DNA of 64,000 nucleotides from Harriotta raleighana (taxonomy: Eukaryota): positions 7,485,658-7,549,657 of the forward strand of contig JBNZDD010013724.1 in assembly GCA_050575255.1 (NCBI GenBank), read 5' to 3'. The stretch's first letter is position 1. Each line of letters opens with the position of its first letter. The notes below the pieces were generated by a model. That model ran no database searches. It saw only the letters and a list, made by a program, of their open reading frames with translations, and was not told the origin of the DNA. The position numbers and the translations under genes were made by a program. Shown piece by piece: positions 51,001-63,600 of this stretch.

Positions 51001-52307
51001 CACTCCTCCAGCATTGTATTGGAATGCCAGCCTAGATGCAAAATAAATGACAGCGAAAAAGTTTACTATCTATCATAAAACAAGACATTCAACCAGAGAT
51101 AAAGTAGAATGAACAAGAGCTGTGGGACTTTCATTTGATAATGAGTTTTCATTATGATATACCATCAAAACCTACTGCAATCACTTTGATGAATATCACC
51201 AGCCATTTTAGTTTCCATATATAAAGGAGAGCCTGCTTAAAAAATGGCTTAATGAACCGGTGAAATAAATCATTCAAAGCTTTTTCATTATGTTCTTTGT
51301 ATAGTTAGACATCTTGTGATCAGAATTTGTGGATGTAAATGTCATATCATATGAAATTTGGTGTTTTGCCTTTTACTACCGAATAGATTTACAAAGTGAA
51401 AGGGATAGGAAAATATATATTGGGTTAGAAAATGTTGCCGCACCACTAAGGCAATTTGCCTCTAATAATAATTGTGTTGCTGTCTATTATTTGTCATTGG
51501 AATTCTTAGGCACACCTGGCATCTTATCTTCTAATGACAAATTCATGACTGATGTGTTGGCTTTGAGAAGGGATTGGAAGATTAGATAGACAGCTAAATA
51601 CGCAGCTGTGAAATGGATAAAAATGTGGCACAATTCTAAATTCAAACAAATTACCCAACGAGGGCTACATTGTTTGTACGCAGGAAGAAAATACTGTGCA
51701 GGAATGAAATACAGTAGCAATTTAAAAGCATTACAAGTGCTGGATATATATTGACTGTAATCTAGTGTACCCGAAGAAAAATATACTTTTGTAAATTGAT
51801 CAAGAAAAGGAAATGTAGACATCAAAGCCTACTCTTGGAATGCGTAAAGTGAATAATGGGAGAATATCAAGCCACAAACATTCAAACCACCTTCACATTG
51901 ACCTAGAGGTCATTCAATTGCAATCCTCCATTCAAGGTCTCTATTCCATCTTATTACATCTCGCTTTCTTGTTCTGGCTTGAAGTCACCAAATCTTGATT
52001 TGCAGAACATTGAATTCCTTAACATGTACCGATCCTTATTATCTATCCATGATTCTCGACGGCATGTCGTACCAAGTGAGCATTAATTACAACCAGAGCT
52101 GTTTCCTAGCAATCAAAATCATTGTACAGGTATCTTCAAGACAAAATTTATGATTGTGCAAAATTATTAAATTCAGTGTTCATTTGGAAGATGGATCTTT
52201 TTAAAGCTTCGGAAATAAGTTTTGAATTTTAAGAATGTTCTACATGATCATAAATTTTATGATAGTCTTTACCCAGGCGCAAGCTAATTTGTGGACTTCG
52301 ATAGTGT

Positions 52308-53540
52308 AATAATAATAATTCTTGCATTTGATATAGCACTTTTCACATTTTCTAGATGTCTCAAAGTACTGTACTTCACCAAATATATTGTAACAATATA
52401 CAAACAATCGTGGATTGAAATCACCAATGTTTTTTGAAGGATTATAGTCAGGCGTATGGAGTAAGGAAACTTGTCCAAGGTTTTGCCCTACCTGGAATTG
52501 AACCCGGATCTTTCACATAAGGCAGTGCTCTAACTACTAAGCTACAAGCCTTCACATATTGGNATATTGTAACAATATACAAACAATCGTGGATTGAAAT
52601 CACCAATGTTTTTTGAAGGATTATAGTCAGGCGTATGGAGTAAGGAAACTTGTCCAAGNTACTGTACTTCACCAAATATATTGTAACAATATACAAACAA
52701 TCGTGGATTGAAATCACCATTTTTTTTTTGAAGGATTATAGTCAGGCGTATGGAGTAAGGAAACTTGTCCAAGGTTTTGCCCTGCCTGGAATTGAACCCG
52801 GATCTCTCACATAAGGCAGTGCTCTAACTACTAAGCTACAAGCCTTCACATATTGGTAGAGCACTTGCCTTGCAAACAAGAGGACCTGGGTTCAATTCCT
52901 AGAAGGGCAAAATATTAGGCATTTCCTTCCTCCACAAGCCCCTGTTTACCTAGCAGTAAATAGGAAACCAGTTATTAGTCGATTGGTAAATCACTTTCCC
53001 AGGGTAACNGTAGAGCACTTGCCTTGCAAACGAGAGGACCTGGGTTCAATTCCTAGAAGGGCAAAATATTAGGCATTTCCTTCCTCCACAAGCCCCTGTT
53101 TACCTAGCAGTAAATAGGAAACCAGTTATTAGTCGATTGGTAAATCACTTTCCCAGGGTAACAATCCCTTTAAAAAAAAAAAAAATACAGTAACAATTGG
53201 GTCACTCAATCCAGGAATCTTTATGGGATCCTGCTGTATGGAATTAACTGCTGCATTTTGTCCACAGTCAATCCACTATACAGTATATTCTGTGAAGCAA
53301 TTCAAGACATCCCAATGACATGATAAGGCGCTATAGGAAATGCAATGATTATTATTATTATGAAAGCTAAGCCATTGAGGGAACATGAAACCGATATGAT
53401 NATGGGATCCTGCTGTATGGAATTAACTGCTGCATTTTGTCCACAGTCAATCCACTATACAGTATATTCTGTGAAGCAATTCAAGACATCCCAATGACAT
53501 GATAAGGCGCTATAGGAAATGCAATGATTATTATTATGAA
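52308..53540. mobile_element. Head-to-head SINE pair (- then +), multiplied by N-gap duplications
   Basis: Minus copy 52308-52550 re-duplicated at N52563 and N52659; plus copy from 52853 duplicated at N53009 and N53401. Confidence 0.8.
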
Positions 53541-55934
53541 AGCTAAGCCATTGAGGGAACATGAAACCGATATGATCCGATCAATACATCTTTCAGTTTG
53601 GTTCAGTTCTGGTCTACGTTCCACATTTGCCGCTGCCCGTAAAATGTCCTGAGTGCAGAAGCATAGCTCATTGTGAGGCTGTCAGCGTACATCAGGGTTT
53701 TAGCAGGGATAGAAATTCCATGCCATTCTTTATCGCTTCAATCGTGGCAAATTAAAGCAATTGACTGTTGATAATTTCCTTGAATTAGGATTTTCTTTCA
53801 AGATAACAGAGAGCAAGCAGTTTCTTCAAACAGGTCACTGATTTGCTGCAAGCCGTGAGCTGGAGTAACAGCAAACAACATTGATTGTGCTTGTAAGGAA
53901 AAAGTCTGCTCTTCTGTGCTCTTTCCCTGCAGTGAGCAGGTCAGAATCCATCCCTCCTTCCACCTCCCCGACCTATCTAATCACTGAGGCAGCAGGAGAT
54001 GCTTTGGCTAGAAAACATTCACTGAGAAAACCATTCAGTTCCTGTGGATCAGCAATTCAAAAGCAGGTCACCATACAGACCTTGGGGCAGATATTCCACT
54101 CGGGTCTAGACTTTGATTCTATCTTTGCACATTTCAGAATTCACAAATGTGCTCATTTTTTAACTTTCGTCTTAATTTTAAAATAACCTAAAGAAAACTA
54201 GCTTCAGAATGAATTGAAGAATGTTTCTAAACAGCATCCTGGTGGCAAACATCTTTCCTGATAAACTGTTCATAGTTCATTCTGCCAACATCGGGGCTCC
54301 CCTCTGCAATGTCGCTGGGACTGTCACAATGACCAGACTTGTTTTCATTACTGTAGCTGTAGCCTAACTGGAGGACAACATTGACTATGACTCAGGCAAT
54401 CTGAACTTTGGTAATAAAGGCCACTATCCTATTTGGCTTATTTATTGGTGCCACACATACTGAATTGACATGGTAGGCACTGAGACAACTAACACCTCAA
54501 TATCTCTTTCAACCTGGTGGCACTCTTATTGCTGAGTCGGAAAGTTGTGGTTTCAAAACCCATAACAGTATTTGTAACCCATATAGTATATGCTGAAAAT
54601 CCAGTACGCTGCACTCTGGTTGAGATTGTAAACCAAGGCACAGAAGAGCAGCCTGTTCCGATGGATGTTTATTAATGCTATTAATATGATGCGGTTACAA
54701 GGTGCTACATACTGCAAGCTGTTTATTTCTATCCTGAACGAGACTTCATTTTTGTTACAACACCTCGTGAGCTAAATCCCACTTGTGGGATGAAGATTCA
54801 TCCCACAAAGAATAAGAACACTTATCACAGAAGCCCACACCATCTTTTCTGGCCAAGGACGTGATCAGCAATCAGAGCTCTCCAGAAGATCTGCTGTTGC
54901 ACAGCTTCCCCATTCTTGCCTATCTGTACCTTACATGAAGATTGGAGATGTTTGACAGCCAGGAAATATTGTCATGAGCTGAGGCTTAGACATGTGTGTG
55001 TGGATCCAATTTATGGACATCTGCAAAACGACTTGTTTTTGAAAGCCCCAAAAGTGAAACCCAAAAAAGCAAAATGCCATCTTCCCACAATGGTCTACTT
55101 TCTACTCTCCAGCCTTTATTCAGACTCTGGCTGGTTTTAAAAAACACAATAAGTGTTTTTATAAATAACACAGAATAAAACCTTGGATTGGACAAACGTT
55201 TTCAATAGAATTTAACCCATCCAGGCTCCACAGACCAAATATTTAATATCAGTACTGTACATCTGTCATATTGATATTCTTTTACATAAATAAACCAAAA
55301 TTAATCTGAACATTCCAGTCATCGAACTGTTGTGATTGCTCTGTCATTAGCAATTGTGTTAAAAGCTGTTTAACCATACACAAATCTGGCTATTTGCATT
55401 CTTCCAGAATTATGTAGCATAACTGATGTATCCATTTACCAACCCAGCATCACTGTGGAGATTTTGCTGTTTAGCTTTGCATCTCACTTTGTTCTTAAAC
55501 ACTGAACCTGTTCTGTCATTTGTATTCTTTGCAATTGACTTTTGAAATTAGAATTCCATCGGGACCTTTTTATGGATAAGAAGTGAAGATTTGAGCATGT
55601 GTTGTTCAACATCATAATGGAACAGAATTGCTTAAAGACTATTTACTCGTCCTTCAATTTACTCCCAGCTTCTCCTAAAGATGGTGACTCATGGTGGATA
55701 CAGTTTATTCAGTCTGAGCCAAGCCTTAGGCACATATGTGTTTGGATCATACCAATAGGCTTCAATTTATGTCATCTACAAAATGCCTAATTTTCTAAAG
55801 CTCCAAACAACATCAAACTTACTTTTTTAATGTGGCAAAACTAGACCAGATAAACCAATAAGATTACTTTATTGTAAAATTAAGATCATACAGAATTGTG
55901 GAAACTTATTCAATTCTGTCTAAATTAGGAACTT

Positions 55935-56250
55935 TTCTATAGCTCAGTGGTTAGAGCACTCCCCTTACAAGCGTGAGACCTGTGTTCGAATCCAGGCAGA
56001 TCAGGGCAAAACCTTGGGCAAGTTTCCTTACTCCACATGCCTGATAATAATCTGTCCAAAAAAAACACAATAATAAATATTGATCATTTTCAATCCAAGA
56101 CTGTTTGTGGTCACTGCTGTGCGCAATTGGCTGCCATGTTTGCCCACAAATATACAGTCAATTCACTTTACAGTATATTCTGTGAAGCGCTTTGAGACAT
56201 AGATAAGATGTGAAAAGCACTATATCAAAATGCAAGGATTATTATTGTTG
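55935..56250 (+). mobile_element. Deu-type tRNA SINE
   Basis: Full head, body and tail. Confidence 0.92.
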
Positions 56251-59200
56251 ATTTTAATTTTTTTTAAATGGGACAATCAGCTCCTAAATTAAGCCTGAAT
56301 TGGAGAATTTTCCACAAATCCTCACCATCTCATATTTTTAAGACCACATTGTACCAGATTGGGCCAAATTCGAGGCCAACTAAACCCAATTGCCTGGTTG
56401 TGCTTAGATAACTAATGGATCAAAACCTGGTACCATCCTATTCAGTATGCCTGAGTACAACTGGTGCAGTTATCGATTGAGCCTATGTGAATGCTAGATA
56501 TATTTTCAAGGTATTTTTCCCTTGCCTTCTCTTATACTGATGCACCACAACCCATCTGGGCTAGCATGATTGACAGATTTTATTCCTAGGTGTCTATAAA
56601 TTTCACTCAATAGAAAGTGGGTGGTTTTTCTGCAGTTTTCACATCTCCACGTGTACATTCACCTGGACTTCGTACAGTATTTCCTAAGATTTAGTATGTG
56701 GAAATATAAGCATTGATCTAAATCCAAACATTTTTCAGCTACTGCAACCAATTGGTGTGTAGCATTGAAAGTTGCATCCTGCAGGTTAAGATTTATACTT
56801 ACTCAACTGTTTATTATCTGGGATACAAGCCATTTTAATCTATAGCAAGAAAAAATAATAGTAATATCAATAATAATCCTTGCATTTTGTGTAATACATG
56901 AAAAGTCATGAACTTCTCAAAACTCTTAATAATATTTCTGCATGTTTGTAGTTAAATGCACACTGTGAACAAACAATCACTGAGTCGATGACCAATTGCA
57001 GAAGATGTAGATTTATTAGTTTTAACCAACATGGAGATTTGCTTTCCTGTTCTTTTTGGGATGAGGGAATGCCATTGCTGGTGTGGTGAAATGCCTGATG
57101 CATTCATGTCTTTGCATTCCTTAATGTGGAGTCAGATCACTGTGGAATCAATTGCTATGGTTGTGTACCATCTATAACGGAGCTCAGAGTTATGAAATCC
57201 TCTAACTCACTCAGAAATTTATTGGTGTCTTTCGTGTGCTTCTGCACAGAGATTCTGCTGTTAGCAGTGTGACTAATTGCTATTATAAGCTTTAAACTCA
57301 GTTTTTTGGAAACCATTTAGGTCTGCAATGAAAGCTTTTGTCAAATTTCAGTTTAATTTTAAGGCAGTAATTGATTTTTGTTTACAGATCAGTGACTGGG
57401 GCAAGCCATCTATTAGTAACTCAAACAAGAAGAAATGTGTATACCTTGGGATTTTACTACACCAATACTTTTTAATGAACCACTCAACCGCCAAAACAAT
57501 CACTACATGATATAGTATGTGCATGCTCAGTCTATGTCTGGGTAATAGAAAGAATATTTTTCATGTAGTCTTTTGTTTTGCTGCATTGACAGTGCTGATG
57601 TCACACCTGATGTAGGGCATGAAGTGGGGATAAATTCAGAACAAATCTACACAAATGCTATTCCAGTGAGTGGATAGTGAACCTATGAAACAAGCTCTCC
57701 TGTTGAAGCAGGAAGTGTTGATTCTTTCAAATGCAGATTAGATTGTTTTCTTTTAGAAAATAACATTTGGGATATAGTACATAGGTAGTTTGGGAACATA
57801 TATGCATGCAACCGCCAGGAAGGTGGAAGGCAAACGAGATAAACCTTGGTCTTTTTTTGGCTAGCATTTCTTATGTTTTTACTGTTAAGTGTTGTGACTG
57901 TATATTTGTAAGCTGTAAAAAAAAAAGTGTTCACAACAATGTCCCAAGAACGGCCATGATGTGAATGACCAATTTTTACGGGGACACCAATAAATTTCCA
58001 AATAGTGCCATAGGATAACTAAAGTCCACTTGACAGGTAGACAAGGCCTTTGTTTATTGGTTAATCAGTCAGTCTCAACCAGACTGTTCAGCACCTTGGG
58101 ACATCCTCCCGACATAAAAGGTGTTCTATAAATGTTATGTTGTTGTTGTTGTTGATAGAGTAGCTCTGCCCCAACCCCAATGTTTTTTTATAAAGCACTA
58201 TGGGAAGCTACGCTGCGTGAAGGGCACGATATGAATGCAAGTAGTTGTTGAGGTGGGACTTGATCCCGCAACCCTACGAATCAAAAGCTAACACCTTTAT
58301 TCTTATTTCCTTAGCTGCCTCCAAACCATGAGATACTCAATATTGAAGATGTATTATTTTGGGCTGCTGCATTTCCATTAACTGGCAATGAAACTAATGA
58401 AGAAAACCTCAATTTGCATACTCATCGCATAGTAGCATTGGGAGCTCACTCCATTTCGTTAACTATTGCTTGACATTACTTCAAAAATGTTTTTCTATCA
58501 ATTCAACAAGTCCCACAATCCTCACTTAAAATGCAAGTAAAACATAACAACACAGAGTTATTTGTGCGATGTAACAATTGTAACAATGCAATTGTAACAA
58601 TTAATATTTTGATCTGGGGTTGTAATCCACAGCAAAATAATTCGTAAAATATTTTGAATCATTGTTCTCTAAATATTGGGTGACCAGTAGCTTGGAAAGG
58701 ATTGTTTCTTACTTAAAGTCCACGGATGAAATCTGTTCCAACAGTGTAATTGCCATTTTGATGGAACAAGATCTTGAACCCAAATTGCTTCCAAGTATGA
58801 TTTTTTAAAAATTACATTTTTATAATTGTAAATAATATTGCTTGCTTCCCTTTGCTTCCCTTTCACAGTACTAGTGAATGCAAACACTCACACACACACA
58901 CACAGACACCAAAGTAGCTAGAAGGAGACATGGAAATGAATTGAAACAATCACCAATAATAGCATGATTCGAGAGATACATAATTAGAAAAAAATCTTGG
59001 AACAAATATTCGATTAAACTATGCAAAAGTATCATTATCTCAAGGTTTATTCCTCTTGCTATGTATTGTGAGTCAAGAGATGAAGTCTATTTGTAAAGTG
59101 CTGACACGATTGTGGATTTGCTGTCTTTTCCTTGGACTATTTCTCTTCCCTAAAGTTTGAGGATTTCCATTATTGTAATTCTATGGCTAGAGTATTTGCT

Positions 59201-60999
59201 TCGATTACCTTTAAGGTCAGTGACAAACGACAATATTTCCTTTTGAAATTGGACCCGTAAGTATTTACTTCCCTAGACAATAACTTAGTGGTATATAGGA
59301 TGCAGTCTGTTGCAAGCGTTGGAATAGTCTTTGGCTCAGGTGGGAGAGAGTGATCAAGACATGGGAAAGGAAAATGGGGCAAGGAACATTTGATAAATAG
59401 AAGAAGTTATGTAAGAAAGGGAGATAAATGTGAATGGTCATCAAAAGCAGAAAAGAAGACAGAAACAAGTGTGTGGACGAAGGAGCAGACACAGGAAAGG
59501 AAAGGAAATGGGATAAAATTGAAAGGCATTCAGAGATATTAAAGAGAGAGACAGAAAAGAAGGGAAAGGAAGGGGGGTGGGGGGGGGAGAAAAACCAGGC
59601 AGAGTAAAGAGAAGAAAAAGACAGAAACGACAGAGAAAAAGACATAATCAAACGGCGTTAGACAGAAGAAACAGAAACAGACCAGAGAGAGCAGAGAGAG
59701 GACAGACAAGGTAGAAATGTGCACTGAGCAATGCAATTATTTGGCTGTTATCATCGTGGTCTTTTAAGCATATTATAATTCTTGGGTGGTCTTTTGCACA
59801 CCGCATTTTCCTTAGGATCAAAAGACCTTCATCATTTGACAGTTTCTGCTTGTTTGTGCTTGGCATGGGTGAGAGAGAAAAATACACCGACTGAATCTTG
59901 CAATAAAAATCTGTGGAAGAATCTGCACCGACAGCTCCGAAAGAGAAATTAAAACTCAACGATCGTCTCATTTCTATTCTAGTATCATGAACAGTATTTA
60001 CAACATGGGGGACACAAATATGTTTCTATAGCTTGTTGCTGCCTGGAAGATTGTGAATGGATGGCTTGTCAGCTCATGATTTCAGGGAATGATTGCAAAC
60101 TAAATGAATCTTCCTGAACTTTTAGTCTTTCATCATCTCTGATAGATGTCACACTCTGTCAGATCGCCTGCATTATGCTGAACAATGTGCTGGGTAGACT
60201 GAAGGGTCGTGGTTTAACGTTACATTGAGTGTATTCAGTGCAATGCTATAGATATGGAAACTATTATACACGCCAGTGTCATTTGCTCAAAGCTATTGAA
60301 TAGCACTCTCAACCTTTGTCTAAATCTGCTGATCACAAGCAGCTAGACAGCAGCAAGTAGTTTCTTGTAATTTTTCTTAATGCATCTGCCCTCCCTGCCT
60401 TCAGTTCACTGTAGTTCACTGAAGGGAAAGCTCTCTCTTTCTCTCTCTGGCTTCGAACCTGCTGTCTTTCATGTTTTTCATACAAGGCAGCAGGAGTTTG
60501 CAGTNTAGTTCACTGTAGTTCACTGAAGGGAAAGCTCTCTCTCTCTGGCTTCGAACCTGCTGTCTTTCATGTTTTTCATACAAGGCAGCAGGAGTTTGCA
60601 GTAACTGATCAGACTGAAATGCTCCACCTGCACTCGGGTTCATTGGAAACTATATTTCCTGGAGCTCAGTGACTTTGGCTCCTGAAGTGAGCAATTGCAA
60701 TTTATTTGATTGATTGATTTGATTTATTTATTGCAAATGAATTGTTTCTGGCATCTTTTCAGGTTATAATGTAACCAGGGTTTTCCAAAGGTAGCAATCA
60801 CATCAAACTTTTATGGACTGAATTTTTCTTTTTAAAAAAAATAACTCTTAAGTGTAATACGCAGTTTAATATTTTTTTATTTAAAAAAAAAAGAAGCTGG
60901 CCAAAGTTTTAGTTGTGTTGACCTTTCAACAACTCTGGGCAGGTTGCATACTAGGTGGGTAGTAAGTAAATACTCCATTTACAAGTCTTTTTGCTCATC

Positions 61000-61647
61000 T
61001 GCAAGACAATATAGCTTTAAATAGGTACTGCAATGTCAAGCTCACAGTCACCAGCCAGGGAATGGGTGGAGAAGCTTCTCTCTCATTGCCACTGAGCTCC
61101 TGCTTCACTTTCCTTTTGGCTACACACGAGGGTCTGGTTTTTTTTTGGGTGGTGGTGTTGGTGGGGGGTTGGGAGATCAGCATCCAATGTGAATCCACAT
61201 CCAGTCGCTCTCTCCTGTTACTAAGGCAACTGATTTCCCACAACAATGCCACCAGCAGCATTGGCATAAGGAGCAGTGAAGCCCCAGCCAGCCAGCCCTC
61301 CAGCCCAGTGCATCTGGGGACTCTCACTGAATGACCCTCCCTCCCTCCCCTGGTGTTGATCCTTGCACTCGTTGATGCAAGGGCTGCCTCGCCTTGCTGT
61401 GCTCGCAGAGGTAACGAACGAGAGTGCATGATCCCGACTGGCCTGGGCTATCCCTGGGCTGGCTACACACGGGATGTGCTTCACTCTCCCAATCTGTGGC
61501 CTCCACATAGCTTGATGGCCTCGCCCAAACAGACCAGCCCAAACACACACACACACACACACCCACCACAACAGCAACAACAGCAACAGCAACAACATCA
61601 GACACCTTTCTCTGCAGCACCTAGAGAGAGACAATGACCTGAGAGCC
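61000..61647 (+). promoter_or_regulatory. Probable alternative promoter / 5' UTR of the KChIP4a exon
   Basis: Transposon-free, relatively GC-richer segment immediately upstream of the first-exon ATG; TSS cannot be located from sequence alone. Confidence 0.55.
61542..61600 (+). repeat. (CA)n followed by (CAA/CAG)n microsatellite in the putative KChIP4a 5' UTR
   Basis: Directly visible. Confidence 0.9.
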
Positions 61648-61747
61648 ATGAACTTGGAAGGGCTTGAAATGATAGCAGTCCTGATAGTGATTGTACTGTT
61701 TGTTAAAGTGCTGGAGCAATTCGGTCTGCTGCAAGCATCTGGTGAAG
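61648..61747 (+). CDS. KCNIP4: KCNIP4 alternative first coding exon (KChIP4a isoform, transmembrane K-channel inactivation suppressor domain)
   Basis: Encodes MNLEGLEMIAVLIVIVLFVKVLEQFGLLQASGE, nearly identical to the mammalian KChIP4a N-terminus as recalled (MNLEGLEMIAVLIVIVLFVKLLEQFGLIEAGLE). Kozak context GCCATG. 33 codons + 1 nt, then canonical donor GAAG|GTAAGA at 61748, phase 1 as needed to join the downstream D-S-V-E-D-E-L-E exon (outside the window). Confidence 0.96.
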
Positions 61748-61759
61748 GTAAGAGAGTGA

Positions 61760-61785
61760 GTGAGAGAGAGAGAGAGAGAGAGAGA
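61760..61785 (+). repeat. (GA)n microsatellite just after the splice donor
   Basis: Directly visible. Confidence 0.9.
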
Positions 61786-63359
61786 CTGCTTGCCTTGGAT
61801 GTGATGTGCAGTGTTTGCTTTTTGTGGCAGCAAACTTTCAGAGAGAGAAAGAGAGAGAAAAGTGGGAGAGAGATTTCTCCACTTCTCTGGGTTTTTTTCT
61901 TCTTCTTCTTGCTCTTGATGTGGATGTTAAACTCCCCAGCTTTGTGGTGGAGTTCAACACCCAAGGATATTTGACAAGGATGAACTTTGCTGTCTTTGTG
62001 TATGTTCTCAGTGGCAGTGACTGCTTTTTCCCTCACGAAAAAAAAAGAGAGGAGAAAATTGATATTTCTTTCGAGTTGCAAGCTGCCAGTGAGGCAATGC
62101 AACAGTCGCTGTCTAGGAAAAAATAGCTTCCAAAGTGCGTCTGTGTCTCAACTGCTGAGCTGTGTGTTTGCAAAGCAAACTTCCAAGTATTGATGCGATA
62201 AAGATTTGTTTCTCTGGTGCTGGTGAAAAAGGTTTTGTTTGAAATTCCTTCCCAAAGCGCGTTTCTTTGAAACATCTGCCTGAAAATAATGGGTCTGGTA
62301 AGTTCTTCATTATGCTTCAATATCATTGCGATTGAATAGCTATAATTCAAAGTCAAGGATTTAAAGGGTTGCCCAAATAATTGGTTGACTGAAACATTAT
62401 TATGTCAAGTAGCTCCTCAAAAAAGATGTGGCTGCTTGAGAAGACAATGAATCATGTTATTAGTATTCATGCTGTCTTGCAACTTCATTATTTTAGAAAT
62501 CATATTCTGGTGTTATGTGTTACTGTTGGCATTATTAGTGTGTCAGACACTCTGTTCTGATGTCTAAATTGTAGTTCATTGCATGGAAGTTTCACTTCCA
62601 CTGCAAGTGCATTTAAATTAAACCTACATGTAGCCTGAAGGAATTAAATAGTCGATGACTACAGATTGTTAATGAGACACAGTTACAGTAAAGTAGATGA
62701 GATGCCTGAGTTTCGCCCATATATATATTAATATTAACTTCACAATTAAATGTATATTATTCATTGTCTTATAAAGTAGTGATGCTGCTCAGTGTAGCTT
62801 CTTGCAGCACTTAAAAAAGACTTGAAACAAATGGAAAGAAAACTGTTGTCTCTGCAAAATAAACCAATCTGATGTTAGATGTCAAATCCTTATAAAATAT
62901 TTGCAATACTGTATTACATCAAATGAAACTCTAATATATTGACGTGTTTAATCTGTGTGATATAACTCATTAGACACCTGCTGTGTGTAACTGATCTAAG
63001 AGATGCTTTCAGTCTCAAATCAGGTAAAGCTTCATCTCTACTGATGTTTTTTTTGGTGTTGGGAGATTGTTTGAATTTCACCTGCACATGTCACCTCACT
63101 TGCTGTTCGGCATTGCTGTGTATTACTGCAAAATTGGAAACCCCTGCTTTTACCTGGTGGTGGCCATGCCATTCAATGTTCATTGGTAACTGAACAGAAT
63201 CGAAACCTGTAGTCGAAATCTCTGTAGCACATTCAGCAGATGCCAAATTCTGGGTTGAAACATTTCATAATCCCGACATAATATTCTGCTAAGCATCATG
63301 TTGTGTTACCAAGAATTCCTCTGAATATGAAATGAGACAATGCTGATAGACTGAAGGAC

Positions 63360-63600
63360 AAACCTGGGGTAATCTGCTCCCCACCATTTGGAACTTCATT
63401 CCATAGTCCCTTCACCTGGCTCCCTCCCCCTACCTCCTTCAAGGCACGTCTCAAGACCCTACTCTTTTCTTCCTACCCTCCCTGATACCAACATCATCCC
63501 CTAACCCTCCAGTTTGGGTCCAAATCCCTGACTATCTAGCGCCTTGGACTGTCCTTCCAAAGTGAAACACTTTGTTTACAAATATAAGTTTGCATTGTAT
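63360..63600 (+). mobile_element. Decayed L2 3' fragment (others at about 38750-38930, 40990-41420, 48690-49150)
   Basis: atttggaacttcattcc...ccttcaaggcacgtctcaagaccctactctt, tail-like ctagcgccttggac. Confidence 0.7.

Noticed and set aside
61748-61974. Continuation of the 108-aa ORF beyond the KChIP4a motif
   Set aside because: Read-through past a canonical GTAAGA donor into intronic (GA)n sequence.
61221-62102. 293-aa minus-strand ORF
   Set aside because: Low-complexity translation of microsatellites antisense to the KCNIP4 exon; no recognisable domain.
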